The notes below the pieces were generated by a model. That model saw nothing but the letters and a program-made list of their open reading frames with translations. It did no database searches and was not told where the DNA came from. This document shows positions 24,301 through 37,700 of a stretch of DNA of 64,000 bases, one piece after another. This stretch comes from Tubulanus polymorphus (lineage: Eukaryota; Animalia; Nemertea). The stretch lies in NCBI RefSeq assembly GCF_964204645.1, contig NC_134034.1, positions 620,001 to 684,000 of the forward strand, given 5' to 3'. A program made the position numbers and the translations under genes. How positions within the stretch are numbered: the stretch's first letter is position 1; every line of letters begins with the position of its first letter.

Positions 24301-27300
24301 GTCTAGCATTGTATTTATTTTTGTTTCATTTGCAATCGTAGTAGGGCTATTTTCCTGCTTATTATATCGATCCGATTCGCAAACAAAGGTCGTATGGACC
24401 TCTTCGATTAAACACGGGAATCGAACCCAGTTCGCCGATCCTCGTGGATTATTCAGTATCATCGCCGTACACGGCATATTGGCGTCATTTATTGGTTGCG
24501 TTCTAAGAGGAGATATCAATCCTTGAATAACTTCCGGTATAGTTTCGTTACTCGTCGGTTTATACCACTCTGTGTAGCTCAATGGTTTACCGTCACTCCA
24601 CGCATAGTCACCAGTAGTATTCGCCTGTAAAAAACGAACTAAAGCATAGAGGTCAATCAGTATATACGTCTCCACAAGGAGGGGGTAAAATGCATACCAG
24701 TCTTGGCCTCCATCGATTGGAAAAACACTTCGAAAATTTGATTTACCTTCAGTTTTAATCCAATCATCATTATGAGCACTTTTTGTGAATACCCCTCTTG
24801 CAGAAGTTTCGTAGCGAATAATCTTTTAATGGAAATCATTTCTTGTTCTGAGTTGATACTGAGCAGGTGTCCTGTGTACTTCTGTTTACAGTACAATTCA
24901 GCGTTCTCCCAATTCAGACGTTCGTGTTTGATATATTTGACACAAGAAAAGTAACCAGAATCATAGAACCCCGGTTTACATTGAGTATCTTTGGTCGTCG
25001 ATGCTTTTTCTAAAGTATATTGTATTTGGAATTTAGGGACTCGTTGTTTTAACACGAATGAGATGTATTTATCCGTAAGACTGTGGAATACGCTACCGAT
25101 TAATTGATGGTTCGTTGTGCAGATCATCAGATCGGGTTGTTGAAAATTACCAATTGCTTGAATGAAAATGACCGGATCTTTTTCCAATAGAGATGTTTTT
25201 AAGCACGGCGTGTTTTCCATGTATTTTATCACGAATCTGTAATATTTGTGGTCCTCGACACGAGACCCAATCCCTATCGTCAGGGCCTCAAAACTATAGG
25301 TTTGTGGCCGCATCAACATGTCTGTGACTCCCGGATAGTTCGGCGACTGCACTAAGCCACATTCATCTTTTTCCTTGAACATAATTCCGATATGAAATGC
25401 CGAAGGCTTTTTCAAACGTTGACATTTACGACGTAGTTCAACTATAAGTGGATGTTGCCAGAAACCGTGGTCTCTTTTTAAAGTCACGGTGTTTAATACG
25501 AAACCGTTATTGGTGAACTGACTCTTTAAACCCAGGTACCTGCTGCACAGCGTCGTCGGTTGTCGATCGCAACGACCAACTTGATATTCGTGTTTTGACA
25601 ATATTTTAAAGTTCTCGAAGGTCAAGCGTCGGTTCTTAGGTGTAATGACGACACAGTTTGACGTCATATTAATCAGACGTTCTCCCTCTTGCAGTATGTA
25701 CCCCGTACAGTCCGTCAGTTGAAATCGCAGTTCAGTGTTACTTCCCAGTAGTCCGTCCCATTTGTAAGCGTACGCTACTATTGTAACCGCACCACCTGCT
25801 GAAATCAGACTGACGACGTTACGGTCGTATCTATTGGAACTAGGACAATACGGTCCGTAGCGTGTAGCCACCGTCAAATTACCCCCATCGTAGATGTAAA
25901 ATCCGGCTCGCTCGCAGTTCTCCGATAGAATCAACATTCTCATTCCATTATCGTGAATATCGACTTTCGATGTGAATTCTATTTTAAACACTTGGTACTC
26001 AATCGTCGGTTTGTTTCTCGTTGGGAAATATTGGAAAGGTGAGAAACCTGTCGTAAACTGCAGAGAAAAACGATAAAACTCGTGAGATACTCGTATAATC
26101 ATGTTCGATGATAATATTTCTAAAATCGTATTAGTTTACTTACTTGCCACGTTGTCAATTGAACATCTGCCGTCGAAAGCGATTTTATCTTAAAGTATAT
26201 TTTCATTTGAGACTTGGTCAATAGTTCGTCTTTTAATAAAACGCAAATAATGACAAGAAAGCCCTCTGATTCTACGCTAAGCGATTCCAGGTAGTTGTTA
26301 CCGAGTAAAATATCAATTCCTACAATACGTAACCCTTCCATCTTAAAGACACCGATGACATTTTTCGAAGTGACGAGATCTCCAGTCCAGTTGAAGACGA
26401 CGTACTGTAACACCTGCACGGTGATGGACCAGCAGTGTAAGCGTTTTGTTCCTGTTATTACGTGTAAACTGTTGTCGTCTTCGGAAATAAGCACTCCCGA
26501 TTCGTTATTAGAAATCTGAATCAACGGATTAGTCACGTTCCAATCTGATATTTTGTAAATTTGCACTAGTAATTGCGCATGAAATTGGAAATTTTCGTAC
26601 AACAAACCTGCGATTGCGGCCTTGTTGGTTTTTGAATAAAATGTCACCGATGGTAGTCCAGTTTGTGCAGGTATATTGCCAATAGGTGCGCTGCTGGTGT
26701 TCCAACCGTCATATACTCTAACTGAAGCCGTCTCAAAAATGCGGAAAATCTTGAAGCTAACAGCTATAAATGTCAGATTCAGAGCGAAATAATCCGTAAG
26801 TCCAACCCACTCTAAATAGAGATAACACTGTAAATTGCTAATAGCAAATTTGTACCCAATCGATGTTTGTAACTTGCCTAATCTAAGATGATGTCTCCTT
26901 CTACAATTGTTACTTAGATTCAAATGACTTCGTTCATAACGATACGTGATATAAACTCGACTACCCCGCGCACTATCGACGTTACTCCTAAACATCATCG
27001 AGATCGAATCGTTACGGCGGATTTCTCGTCCTCCGTAACCGCAGAGTCTACTATCGGACTCGCCGACGAGAAGGTAGTTATCGCTACAGAATATTGACGG
27101 CTCGATTTCGTAGTATAATTCGACGTTAAAAGTTCCCCCGGGTGAAGAACCGTTGACGAACCAACGACATTCAACACCACGCGTTAACGACGGATAATTC
27201 GGTGAAACGATGTAACCGGACGTAGAATCGACTGGGTACCAAGTGTTGTTACAAGACGAACTGGCCGTCACGGAATCGGACCGATCAGCGTGAACCATCT

Positions 27301-27364
27301 GAACTCGCCAGACGATCAGCGACGCTGTGAACAGCGCACATAAATAATCCATACCGAACAACAT
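21400..27364 (-). CDS. GRL101-like (type C LGR) GPCR with CUB, C-type lectin-like, about 7 LDLa, LRR and 7TM domains; 1918 aa, 3 exons
   Basis: Exons 27364-26144, 26057-24747 and 24624-21400, joined by phase-0 GT-AG introns of 86 and 122 nt (5757 nt). Signal peptide; CUB (SGYIVSPNYP..C.W...CSDNYL...LCG); CTLD split by intron 2 (W.NAELYC..GHLLSINS.QE..IGL / Y.WSDG...Y..W); LDLa repeats (CD...DC.DGSDE); LRRNT CPSRCEC plus LRRs; hinge CC....C.P..DQFSSC.DL; TM7 NSSLNPILY. Confidence 0.93.
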
Positions 27365-27684
27365 ATACACGACCGAATGAACTCACATCATTAAAATTTT
27401 AGATCGGATTACTTTTCGTCAGTCGTAGCTTCACACTTATCACAGTTCATCCAATTAGGGAAATTTTCATGAAATGGATATTTTTCTTCGCTGCTGTAAT
27501 TATTTCTGAAATAGGACATGTATAAACATATATTTCAGAACTTATTTTATATATACCTTTGAAAATATATGAACACGTTGAATCCATAACCGTAATATTA
27601 TGAAAACTAATAATTGCACTACAGAATGGTTGGGATTTGAGTTTGTGGCATTAAAGCCATGTTGGAAATACGCTGACTTATCTA

Positions 27685-27861
27685 CAGTCGAACCTCGTTG
27701 ATTCAATTACGTTAAAGACGAAACCTGTTTATATCGATGATTTTCCGTATGTCCCAATCAAGATATCTATATCAATCATGCAAGGTTTGGATAATACGAA
27801 ACGTGTTTAATAAGATATTTTCTCCTTAGCCCACAAGATCCATCGGAACGAGGTTCCGCTG
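27685..27861. mobile_element. Tc1/mariner (pogo/Tigger-like) MITE
   Basis: TA|CAGTCGAACCTCGTT ... AACGAGGTTCCGCTG|TA, i.e. imperfect TIRs with a TA duplication. Confidence 0.65.
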
Positions 27862-28792
27862 TATCATTCTAGGACGCTCTCATTATGTTCAGAACGGATT
27901 TAGCGTTCCCAATCGCAAAACGTCCGTTCTAATTAGGGTCCGTTCCATCTAAGAACACGATGGAAATTTAATGACGATATCAAGAGAACTCGAATCCAAT
28001 TGAATCGAAGTCAAACATCTTTTTTTTAAATGTCCCTTTTACAAACCCGATACACCTGCCGAAAACGAAACCGGGAATTCGATGTTGAAATCGGAAATCG
28101 AAGTACAGGAGATATAGTTGTGTGGGATCGGCGGTCCAATTTACGGAAGTAGACAATTGGATATCATTCTGTTAAGAAACCTTCGTTCTTTAGTGGGATA
28201 TCGACAGTGCATCTGGCCATTATTTATTGATGATAAAATACTGAAGTCTTTTGTCTCCAAATTGAAGAAAATATCGTGAATGTAGATTCTTTCAACTGCT
28301 CAACGTCTGGTAAGTACACTACACGATGGACATATATTTTTAAGTATGACGATTGTAGGATGGGCAGGTTTGGACCACAAGGTGGCAATTTCGTGGTGCT
28401 ACATTCGCGCTTAGACTGGCCCTAAGTTGTGGGATTGGTTACTGATACAAAGTGAGCTTAAACTGGTCATAAGTTGTTAGATCGTCTGTAGAACCAGGAT
28501 GAGCTGAGACTGGCCTTGAGTTGTAAGATTGGTTATAGAACCCAAATGAGCTTAGACTGGTCATGAAGTTGTCAGATTGGTTATAGAACCAGAATGAGCT
28601 TAGACTGATCTTAAGTTGTACGATTGGTTATAGAACCAAATCTAAACCTTTAGAATGACGGAACTCACAACTGGGTTAAGCGTCACAAAACATGTGGTTT
28701 TGTAAAATCGATTATTTCGCTGTTATTGGATTATCTTTCCCATGTTTTTTTTTCTAGTAATCAAAAGGTTCAATTCGAAGTGACCAACTACA

Positions 28793-31700
28793 ATGTTGGC
28801 AGTTTCACTGTTAGTGACCACGTTACTCGTCGTTTCTGTTACATCAACAAGAGGTAAGCCTTTCACTGGAGAATGATTTAATATCCTACAATAATGAATG
28901 AATGAATTTTATTTCTCAACACATACTATATGGTTTACATAATTACAACATAGAACATTGACCAAATTTTATTCATTGAGAAGACAACCCCAAGTCTAAA
29001 CATTGTACCAAATGATGGGGGTTCCCCAAAAAGAGCAACAGTGAACATACGTGAATACTCAATATGAATGCTCTATAATAGCACATATAATCAATTAGTT
29101 TACAATGAATATTATAAATTGGATGATAACAATGATAGAAAATTTGATAGTGAAAATAATACTGAAAATTATAATCATAATGATCATAACAAAAATAGAA
29201 ATGCGAATGATAAGCAGTAAAAAATGACAAGATCGACAATTATAATGAAATGCATGATAATCCTCAGATGATAATATAAGATATGATAATGCTAGTAATG
29301 ATTTAAACAGAACAAACGACCACCATTGATAAAACACTATATCCGTGTTGTGATGATAACGAGAATCCCACAATAAAGACGAAAAAATAAAGTCCGAAAA
29401 TATTTTCTTGAGATGGAGGTATGTTCGTCGTTGCGACTGTTTAAACTAATAGCACCCTAGCTGGACACGAACCTGCGACCTCCAGCATGCCAGCCGAGCA
29501 CACTAACCACTAGACTACAGATCGGCCATGTCAACGTGTCTGTAAGTTTGTCAGGTCAGTGTGGTGACTATATCAGCTGTGAAGACTGGTGACCAGTCGA
29601 GTGTGGTGACTGAAGACCAGTCAGGTTTGTTGACTGTTAGTAAAAACAACGTCTGCAATAAAAACTCCAAATGCAACTTACAATGAACTCAGATCAATAA
29701 ACGATTAACAATCAGTAAAACGAGACTGCTGTTGATAGTTATAGGTAACGTGTGCAATGTAGCGCACACGCTGGATGTGTGCTTGCGTGCACACGAAGGA
29801 GATTAGATCAGGTGACTTAGTGGAAGTTTGTTGGGAAGTAAGAGGAGCGATTAGTTAATATTATTGAAATATATAAAACTTATATCGGTCGGGTCAGGAG
29901 GGAGTTGAAAGAAAGTAGCAGAGTTTGAACACACTACAAAATAGGAGAATTGTCACAATCAAACGTTGAGAGAAGATGCTACGATAAAAACCCACACTTT
30001 AAAGATTTAAAGTATCAAAAACCGATGATTCAAAAATCAGCTTGAAAATATTGTGATGATTGAATTATGATTTATGATGATTGAATTATGATGAATTATG
30101 TCATTTTAAAATCTTCAGCTCATCCCGGAAATGTCCACGACGCCATATTGAGAATAAATACGCGCGCAGCAGCGGGCGCGGAAACGGTGACCGATGAAAT
30201 CATCGAAATCAACGAGAAAGGTGACTGGAAGATCGGCCAAGTTATTAATCATTAATTATTAGTAATTGATTACTAGATAATGAATTTCTTCAGTATCTAA
30301 TTCATCGATAATTTGAATTTATTTGAATCCAGTTGGGGAGGAGAAATATTTCGTAATTACGGGACTCGAATCGATGCCTAAAATGGCGTACCATAAGGAA
30401 ACATTGTAAGCCCAATACCGTTCAATTTTCTTCGAAATTCAACTAGGCAATGCTACTTTGAATACCCGTGCGAGTAGTTTTCTTTCATAGACATTCGATT
30501 CAAGATTTTCGAAAAGAAAATATAACTAAACTATTGCTAGGAGAAGGGCGTGTATGATAAGGTTACATCATTAGTCCAAGGACCATTCTTTTGAGAATGT
30601 GCAGAAAACCCTTGATCGCATCTTGCACGATTTTCGCTGATATTTTGATGACTTTCTGCGGCAATGATCAATAATTTTTCTTGGACAGAAATGAAGAGCG
30701 AACATGGCGAGAAGATGCCCCCGATAGAGGGCGGAGATATCGCTACTGACCCAAATGCTCCACATCACGCGGGTAACGTCACAAAACGGGCCTCGCAAAT
30801 GGAGAGAGAAAGACTTTGGCCATTGAGAATGATCCCATATGTGTTGGATTCTAGTCTCGCAACAGGTGAGAGAGTTAGGTTTTTGGCTAAGATTTAAGGC
30901 CAGCAAAATATTAATAAGCTATTTTTTGTTATAGCCAATCGAACAACTCATTAAGACCAGTCCAAGCTTATTTTGGATTCTTTATCCAATCTTACAACTT
31001 AAGGCCAGTCTGAGCTCATGTTCAAACCTAATAATGTTTTTTTCTTTTAAATATTTCGACAGCCACAAAAACTCTAATCAGAGATGCAATGGACAGCTAC
31101 GAGGCGAGAACTTGTTTGAAATTTACCAGGAAAAATAACAGCGATAAGAATTGGTTACGGTTTTTTAAAGGAACAGGGTGAGTTTAAGTTATGTTTAAGA
31201 AAGTTCCAGGGGCGGATTCAACATTCATAAAGGCTTTGGCACTGGAGTGCAATTTTTGTCCAACACAGAGGTCATAATTAGCTATTAACCATACACGACG
31301 ATTCTTTTTTTCTTTGTTGGTACTTCAGTTGTTGGTCCTATATAGGACAGCTTTACTACCGACCAGGAAGCCAGGACGTATCGATCGGGAGAGGTTGTGA
31401 AAGCATCGGCATTATTCAACATGAGATAATGCATGCTTTGGGTAAGACTCTCTCCTGGCTCTCCCTCTCCTGGCTCTCCGTCTCCCTCTCCTGGCTCTCC
31501 CTCTCCCTCTCGATGCTCTCCTGGCTCTCCCTCTCCTGGCTCTCCCTCTCCTGGCTCTCCCTCTACCTCTCCTGACTCTCCCTCTCCCTCTCCCGGCATT
31601 CCCTATCCCTCTACCTCTCCTGGCTCTCCATCTCCCTCTCCCGGCATTCCCTCTCCTGGCTCTCCCTCTCCTGGCTCTCCCTCTCCTAGCTCTCCCTCTC

Positions 31701-34700
31701 CCTCTCCTAGCTCTCCCTCTCCTTGCCCTCCCTCTCCCTCTCCTGCCTCTCCCCTCTCAATCTCCTCTCTCTCCATCTCAATCTTCTCTTTTTCTGCAGC
31801 TATTCTTGTTGGATCGTTTTAATGACTCCAATGCTGAGTATAATGTAAAGGACTTTGAATTGTGAATTGCAGGATTTTATCACGAGCAGGCGAGACCGGA
31901 TCGCGATTCACACGTTGAGATCATGTGGGAAAACATTCAAAAAGGTAAAATATAATTTTGCTATTGTGAAATTAATCATAAAAGCTGCACCAGATGGCAA
32001 TACGGTCAGTTATACGAAAAGTGATAGTTTCTGAATACATCATATACACAGTTTATCACTGGAAGTTGATTTACTTCTGAAAAGTTAATTTGAATTGAAT
32101 TGCAAAGAACGATCCTCGCTTGCCAAAGTTACGGTTACATTGTTTGTTGCTAAATTGTTTGATTGTTGAATGTCGTTAGGAAAAGAGCATAATTTCAATC
32201 GCAAGTCGCTAGGAACCGTCGACACTCATGGAACCATTTATGATTACGATAGTCTGATGCATTATGGGACACATGCATTCACCAGTAATGGGAAACCAAC
32301 TATAAACAGCCTCAGCGGAACTCGAATCGGACAACGGGCCGGACTGAGTGATATAGATATTTTAGATGTACTCTCATTCTACTCCTGCAAAAATGGTAGG
32401 TCTCAACCTAAACCAAACATGATCGTTGAATGTACGGCATTCGATCATTTCTTAAACTAAGAATGATGCAAGAACTTCCGACTTCTACATATTTCTTTCA
32501 TCTGACTGTGGATCAAATTCCACAATTGGGTATAGTTATTCTGTGGATCCAATTCCACAATTGGGTATAGTTATTCTGTGGATCCAATTCCACAATTGGG
32601 TATAGTTTTTCTGTGGATCCAATTGCACAATTATGAATTATGTGGGTCTAATTTGATTCTGAATCCAGTTCCAGAGTTGTGTGGGTTTTATTTGACTATG
32701 AACCCATTTATACTTGAATAACGGTTGCACTGCAGAACAGTCTGTTATTACCTGGGTGAATAGATTATATGGAATCATAATAATTTGCCATTCTTTTTAC
32801 AGACAAGAATGATACAATTTCGACGTGGTCAGTTTGGTCATCACCGTGTACTTCACAATGTAAAAAAACACGTCAACGTTTTTGTTTCACTGGCAACTGC
32901 CCAAATACGAACAAATACGACGTCGAATCGGAAACAGTTGCCTGCACACAGGCCGAATGTAACGGTAAATAAAAACACGTTCATCATGGCTCACAACTCG
33001 GGGTCCAGAGTTTGTGCAATCATGGCCTAGATTTAAGACCATTCGTAGCTCATTTCGGGTATAAGCCAATCTAACAACTAAAGATTAATACTTTTGCACT
33101 AGATATCCGTCTAAGATCTTCTACGTGTATTGCGGAATATTGGTATCACAGATTGCTTGATAAGAACCCTTGTTTTGCATATTGGCATGAATTATGAGCG
33201 CTTATTGGCATAATCAATCTTAATTCTAACGAGCTATCTTCGAAATGTTAATTCATGTTAATGCATTTCCTACTTATGAATTAGTTTGTGATCGCGGTAT
33301 CTTTTCACGCAGCGCCAATCGATGGTCATTGGTCAAGGTGGACCACGTGGCCTAAATGCTCTGGCAAGTGCGGCGCATCGGGAACTAGAACACGAACTCG
33401 CAAGTGCAACGAACCGACACCGAAAAATGGTGGCGCTGACTGCAGCGGGGACAAAATACAAACAGTTAACTGTAAATTAGGGAGATGTGAAGTCGGTAAA
33501 TATCCGTATCATAGTCAGGAAATCTGCATCCCGTCAGAGTCAGGAAATCTGCATCCCGTCAGAGTCAGGAATTCTGCATCCCGTCAGAGCCTGAAACTCT
33601 GCATCAGAGTTCTCAATCCATGTTTCATAACAGAGATTCCCTTCGTTTTTGTATTCAGGAATCGGTTCGGAGTTTGAACATGGTAATTATAACTTGTGGT
33701 CAGACGTGGGGACGACGGCTAAATGGATCCTCAAAGACAAAGGAACGCCATCTACTGGCACCGGTGCTAAGGACGACCATACACTTCAGGACAACACGGG
33801 TAAAGTTGCGAATGAAAAATATGCCTGTCTTTATATCAATCACAGGTGGATTCTATTGAAAGAAAGTTTAGACGAAGAACTGATTCAAAGTTAGTAGCCT
33901 ATTGCTCTTATACTGATGAATAGTGAATTCGGATTTATTTCATTCAGGACATTTCATCTACATCGAAGCATCAGATTTGAAGAGAAACGACAGGGCTATT
34001 CTTGAATTGAAGAAAGTGACGTCAAGTGCTACTTGTAAAATGCATCTTTGGTATAACATGCGAGGCGAGACGATCAATACACTGAGCGTAACGGCAAATG
34101 GCAACACTATCTTCACTAAATCCGGCAACCAAGGTGAAGGTTGGAAAGAGGCCATCATGACGGTTCCAGATGGAGAGGATATTACAGTAAGATATGTATT
34201 CATAGCAGGACAAGGAAGAATTAGACCTTGGTTTAACAGTAGTTCTACTGGGTGTTGCTTTCTTCAGATATTCTGATCTTTTTATTCACTTTCAAAAACT
34301 GATCGTCCACACTTTCACTTTGAGACAACTTTGACTAAAAATGAACTGCAAACACCAGACAATAGACATTGAACACGTTCCCAAATGTTTTGATACTTTC
34401 TCAGTTTGTATCAAAAATATTGCCAATTTCTGGTCATTGAGTCCTGAAAAATGATAAATTTACAGCGCAAAATCGTACAAACGTGTCAATTATACTTCTA
34501 AACACTTTATTTGCGGACCAGTTTATGAATTGAGCGTGGGCCATAGAGCGCTATATCCGCCTGTGATCTCGACTTTCAATTTATTACGTAAGCTATTCGT
34601 GAACAAAATGCGGCCGGCGCACAATAGAAACTTCGCTCTATGTATTCTTTCATTACCGCCGACAAAGAGGACCGATATTTCGCAAATTGGATTCGGGAGG

Positions 34701-37700
34701 TTTAAACCTCCCAAGGTCAAATCACTAAAATTGTGACCTTCGTGGAGATTATCTAAAAAGCCGATGGTAATCAAATTTAGCAGAACTTTTTACCCAAACG
34801 TTTAATGGTTTGAAAATCTTTCAATGGCATTCCTAAGTATTTGATGAAAGTTGAGAAATCATAAGATATTCATATAACCATGGACTCTAAAACCTAAATC
34901 GTTTAAGAGTCCCTGGTATAAAAAAAAAACTTTGCATAACGAAGAAGCAAAAATTCGAATCTGATTCATCTGTTTGGAATTGATTCTCATGAAATGGAAA
35001 CAAATGCGTGAGCACTACTCATTGATTCGTTCATTATTGTACAATATGTTTCATTTGTTGACCGTAAGACGTTGACATTATGTCAATTTCATTCAATTTA
35101 CTTTGCGGCTTTACAACGGCTATTTCACTGGTTCTGCGTGATGAGATAATTCTGATTAAAGTTATTGTATTAATTTCTATATGTATATACGTAATGATAC
35201 TCTTTCTGAATAAAGGATGCACGTTATTCGAATCCCCACCATTGTTCTCTACAATGTACGTTAATCAAACTCACGATAAAACCAGAGCCAAAACCATGGA
35301 CTCAAAAACGAAGAATCCGTGGTCAAACATACAATTCTAATTTCCCCGTTAGTTCACTGATGCCGTCAGTTTCTATCGAATGCAAGGATTCTAGCCAATC
35401 AGAGAGGCGCATGCAAACATCCATTGGCATGTAAGTTATAGTACAACTTAGACAATAATCAAGGTGCGAGCCAATGTCAGTAACTAGAATATGTTCTTTC
35501 ATCAAATATAAATAACTCAGCAGTAGTCAGTTAGTTGAGTTTGTTTGACTTGTTTTGTATTTCATCAATAAATCTATTTCATTCTATTTTAAAGTACAAA
35601 CTAAACGCTTGAATTGCTTATAACACGACCAGGTATGAATTAGAATAGATTGGCTTAATATTTCGAATGCAAATTTGGCGATTAAGCAATCGGAAATTCG
35701 AAGTGCTTGAGAAATTTTTCAATACGCCCATTACTTCGAATAGCGATAAGTTCATTGACACATGTGACCATTGTTTTGTTACTTTCTATAGCGATTCGAA
35801 TAAGCTATGCGACAGCTAACGACAGCACAATCGCAATATCAACAGAAGTTCATTTTATCCTACATGATGAGGCTAAATTCAGTGAAATCGATCGTGTTCT
35901 GAAATATATATTTTCCTGGATACATTTTGTTTATTGTAGCTATTCTTTGCGGTTTATACATTAACCTGCTATAACATATTGACCGTTTTCAAGAACCCAA
36001 AAATTACAATTTTCTGGGAATCTGTTTTTTTCCAAAAACAACCCAAACCCGAAATTGTGTACAGTTAGTACGCAGCGTATATAATGTCGGATTAGAGAAT
36101 ATTGAAAAAACTTAGAAAAAGTTCAGTGAAGGAAAATAAGCTCAGCAGTGACAAATTGTCATTTCATCTCCTTCACGTGATTAATTGATGTCCAAATATG
36201 TTCTACCGTGAAAACTCTGCATTTAGCGTCAAACGAATTTTTGTATACGTATCTCAGGATGCATGCTCTTCAAAAAGGTAGCCTATTAGGAAAAAACTTA
36301 TCCGGTAAAATCCTAATTTGTCCTAAACGATATTCCAACTATTATTTTGTTAATTATTCAACTATCATCACTAACTGGGTAAGTTAGTTGAACTTACATA
36401 AAGATATATCATTAGGGACACTTCAATTTCACACCATTCAATATCATAAGGGAACAAAATTCTTTGAAACTTGGTTAATGGTAGTTCTTAAGACTAGGTT
36501 TTGTTTCCGGAATTTACTAAATGTACCAATTCTAATAATTCACTCATTGAAGCTTCTATACATCAGAAGCGAAAGCTCGTGCGTCGAAATAAATAGTTAA
36601 CCTTTAAATATAAGTCTTTATTGATTCTTTTTTTGTTGGAATATGCATAACTTTTTCTGGGCAAATTTCTATATTCTGTCAAGTCATGGACGTTTTAGAG
36701 TCCATGGTCAAGGTATTTTGGCTATAACGAATATAACTAACTCCCTGGGGCAACGATGTGGCTGATGAAATGATCTCTCCCATTGTAATCCCACCATTTA
36801 ATTACTCATTGTATAACAACTCTCACAATTAAGCCTCGGACTCTTCAACGAATTATGAGTGCATGCTTTAGTATAGGCTCTGATATAGAGCATATTGTCT
36901 TTATTTAGAACATGTATGCATAAACTCTAGGCTGCAAAGAAATACGTATTCAGCGGCTCTAATCGAGTTAAATCTTTCGTGATAGATTAACACAGAAAGG
37001 CGGCACCCAATCGCTGCTTATTGACATTAGGCACAAGTCACTGTTATGTTCATTAGTAAAACTAATATAGAATTACAAGTGAGGAGGGAAAATGTATAAA
37101 TTGAATTTATAAATGAATTTATAAGAATTTAGCATGCATCGGAGTGCACTTAAATTGGATTATTACAAAATAACTCACTTCAAAATTTATGATATTGTTT
37201 CATTGATATTTATTACTTTAAAGCGATTCACTTTAAGAACTTTGGTCAACAATAAGTCTGACCTGCAAATCAAATCATCGGGAGACAAAATACTGTTTCA
37301 AAAAATCATATTGCTAATACATTCCTAATCTTAACCTTTCGCCATAAACCTACTGGATTTAGGGCCTGGGGTAAAATCTAGGTAAAATCCTCACTTGGCG
37401 ATTTTTCAAGAACATTTGAAAGCACGATATTTATTCAAACATATTCATCCACAATACAACTGCAATATATTTAACTGTGCATTGATCTCTTTTGATGAAA
37501 TAAATCTTTAAATAAATTCATAGAATAAATGAAATTAATGAACTTTTTATTCATACTATCTTTTCATATTCTTATTCATACTATATTTTAATTCGAACTA
37601 AATAACTCTTTTTAACTTGTGGTATAGTATGCTTATGATATGGATTCGATTTACGTATCAATATTTTCATGTTGACGGGGGCCTGATGATGGCTAATAGC

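Noticed and set aside
24625-26143. GPCR as a frameshifted pseudogene or as three separate genes
   Set aside because: Both ORF breaks coincide with canonical phase-0 GT-AG introns (26143-26058 and 24746-24625) that restore one reading frame.
29455-29530. Functional tRNA genes here and near 11583, 49833 and 2545
   Set aside because: A and B boxes are recognisable, but the acceptor and anticodon stems do not pair cleanly and the paralogous copies have diverged freely, which fits SINE heads or pseudogenes.
31285-31822. Collagen-like GEGEPG and Ser/Pro-rich ORFs (also 52226-52450)
   Set aside because: They are translations of an intronic C/T simple repeat lying between two astacin catalytic exons.
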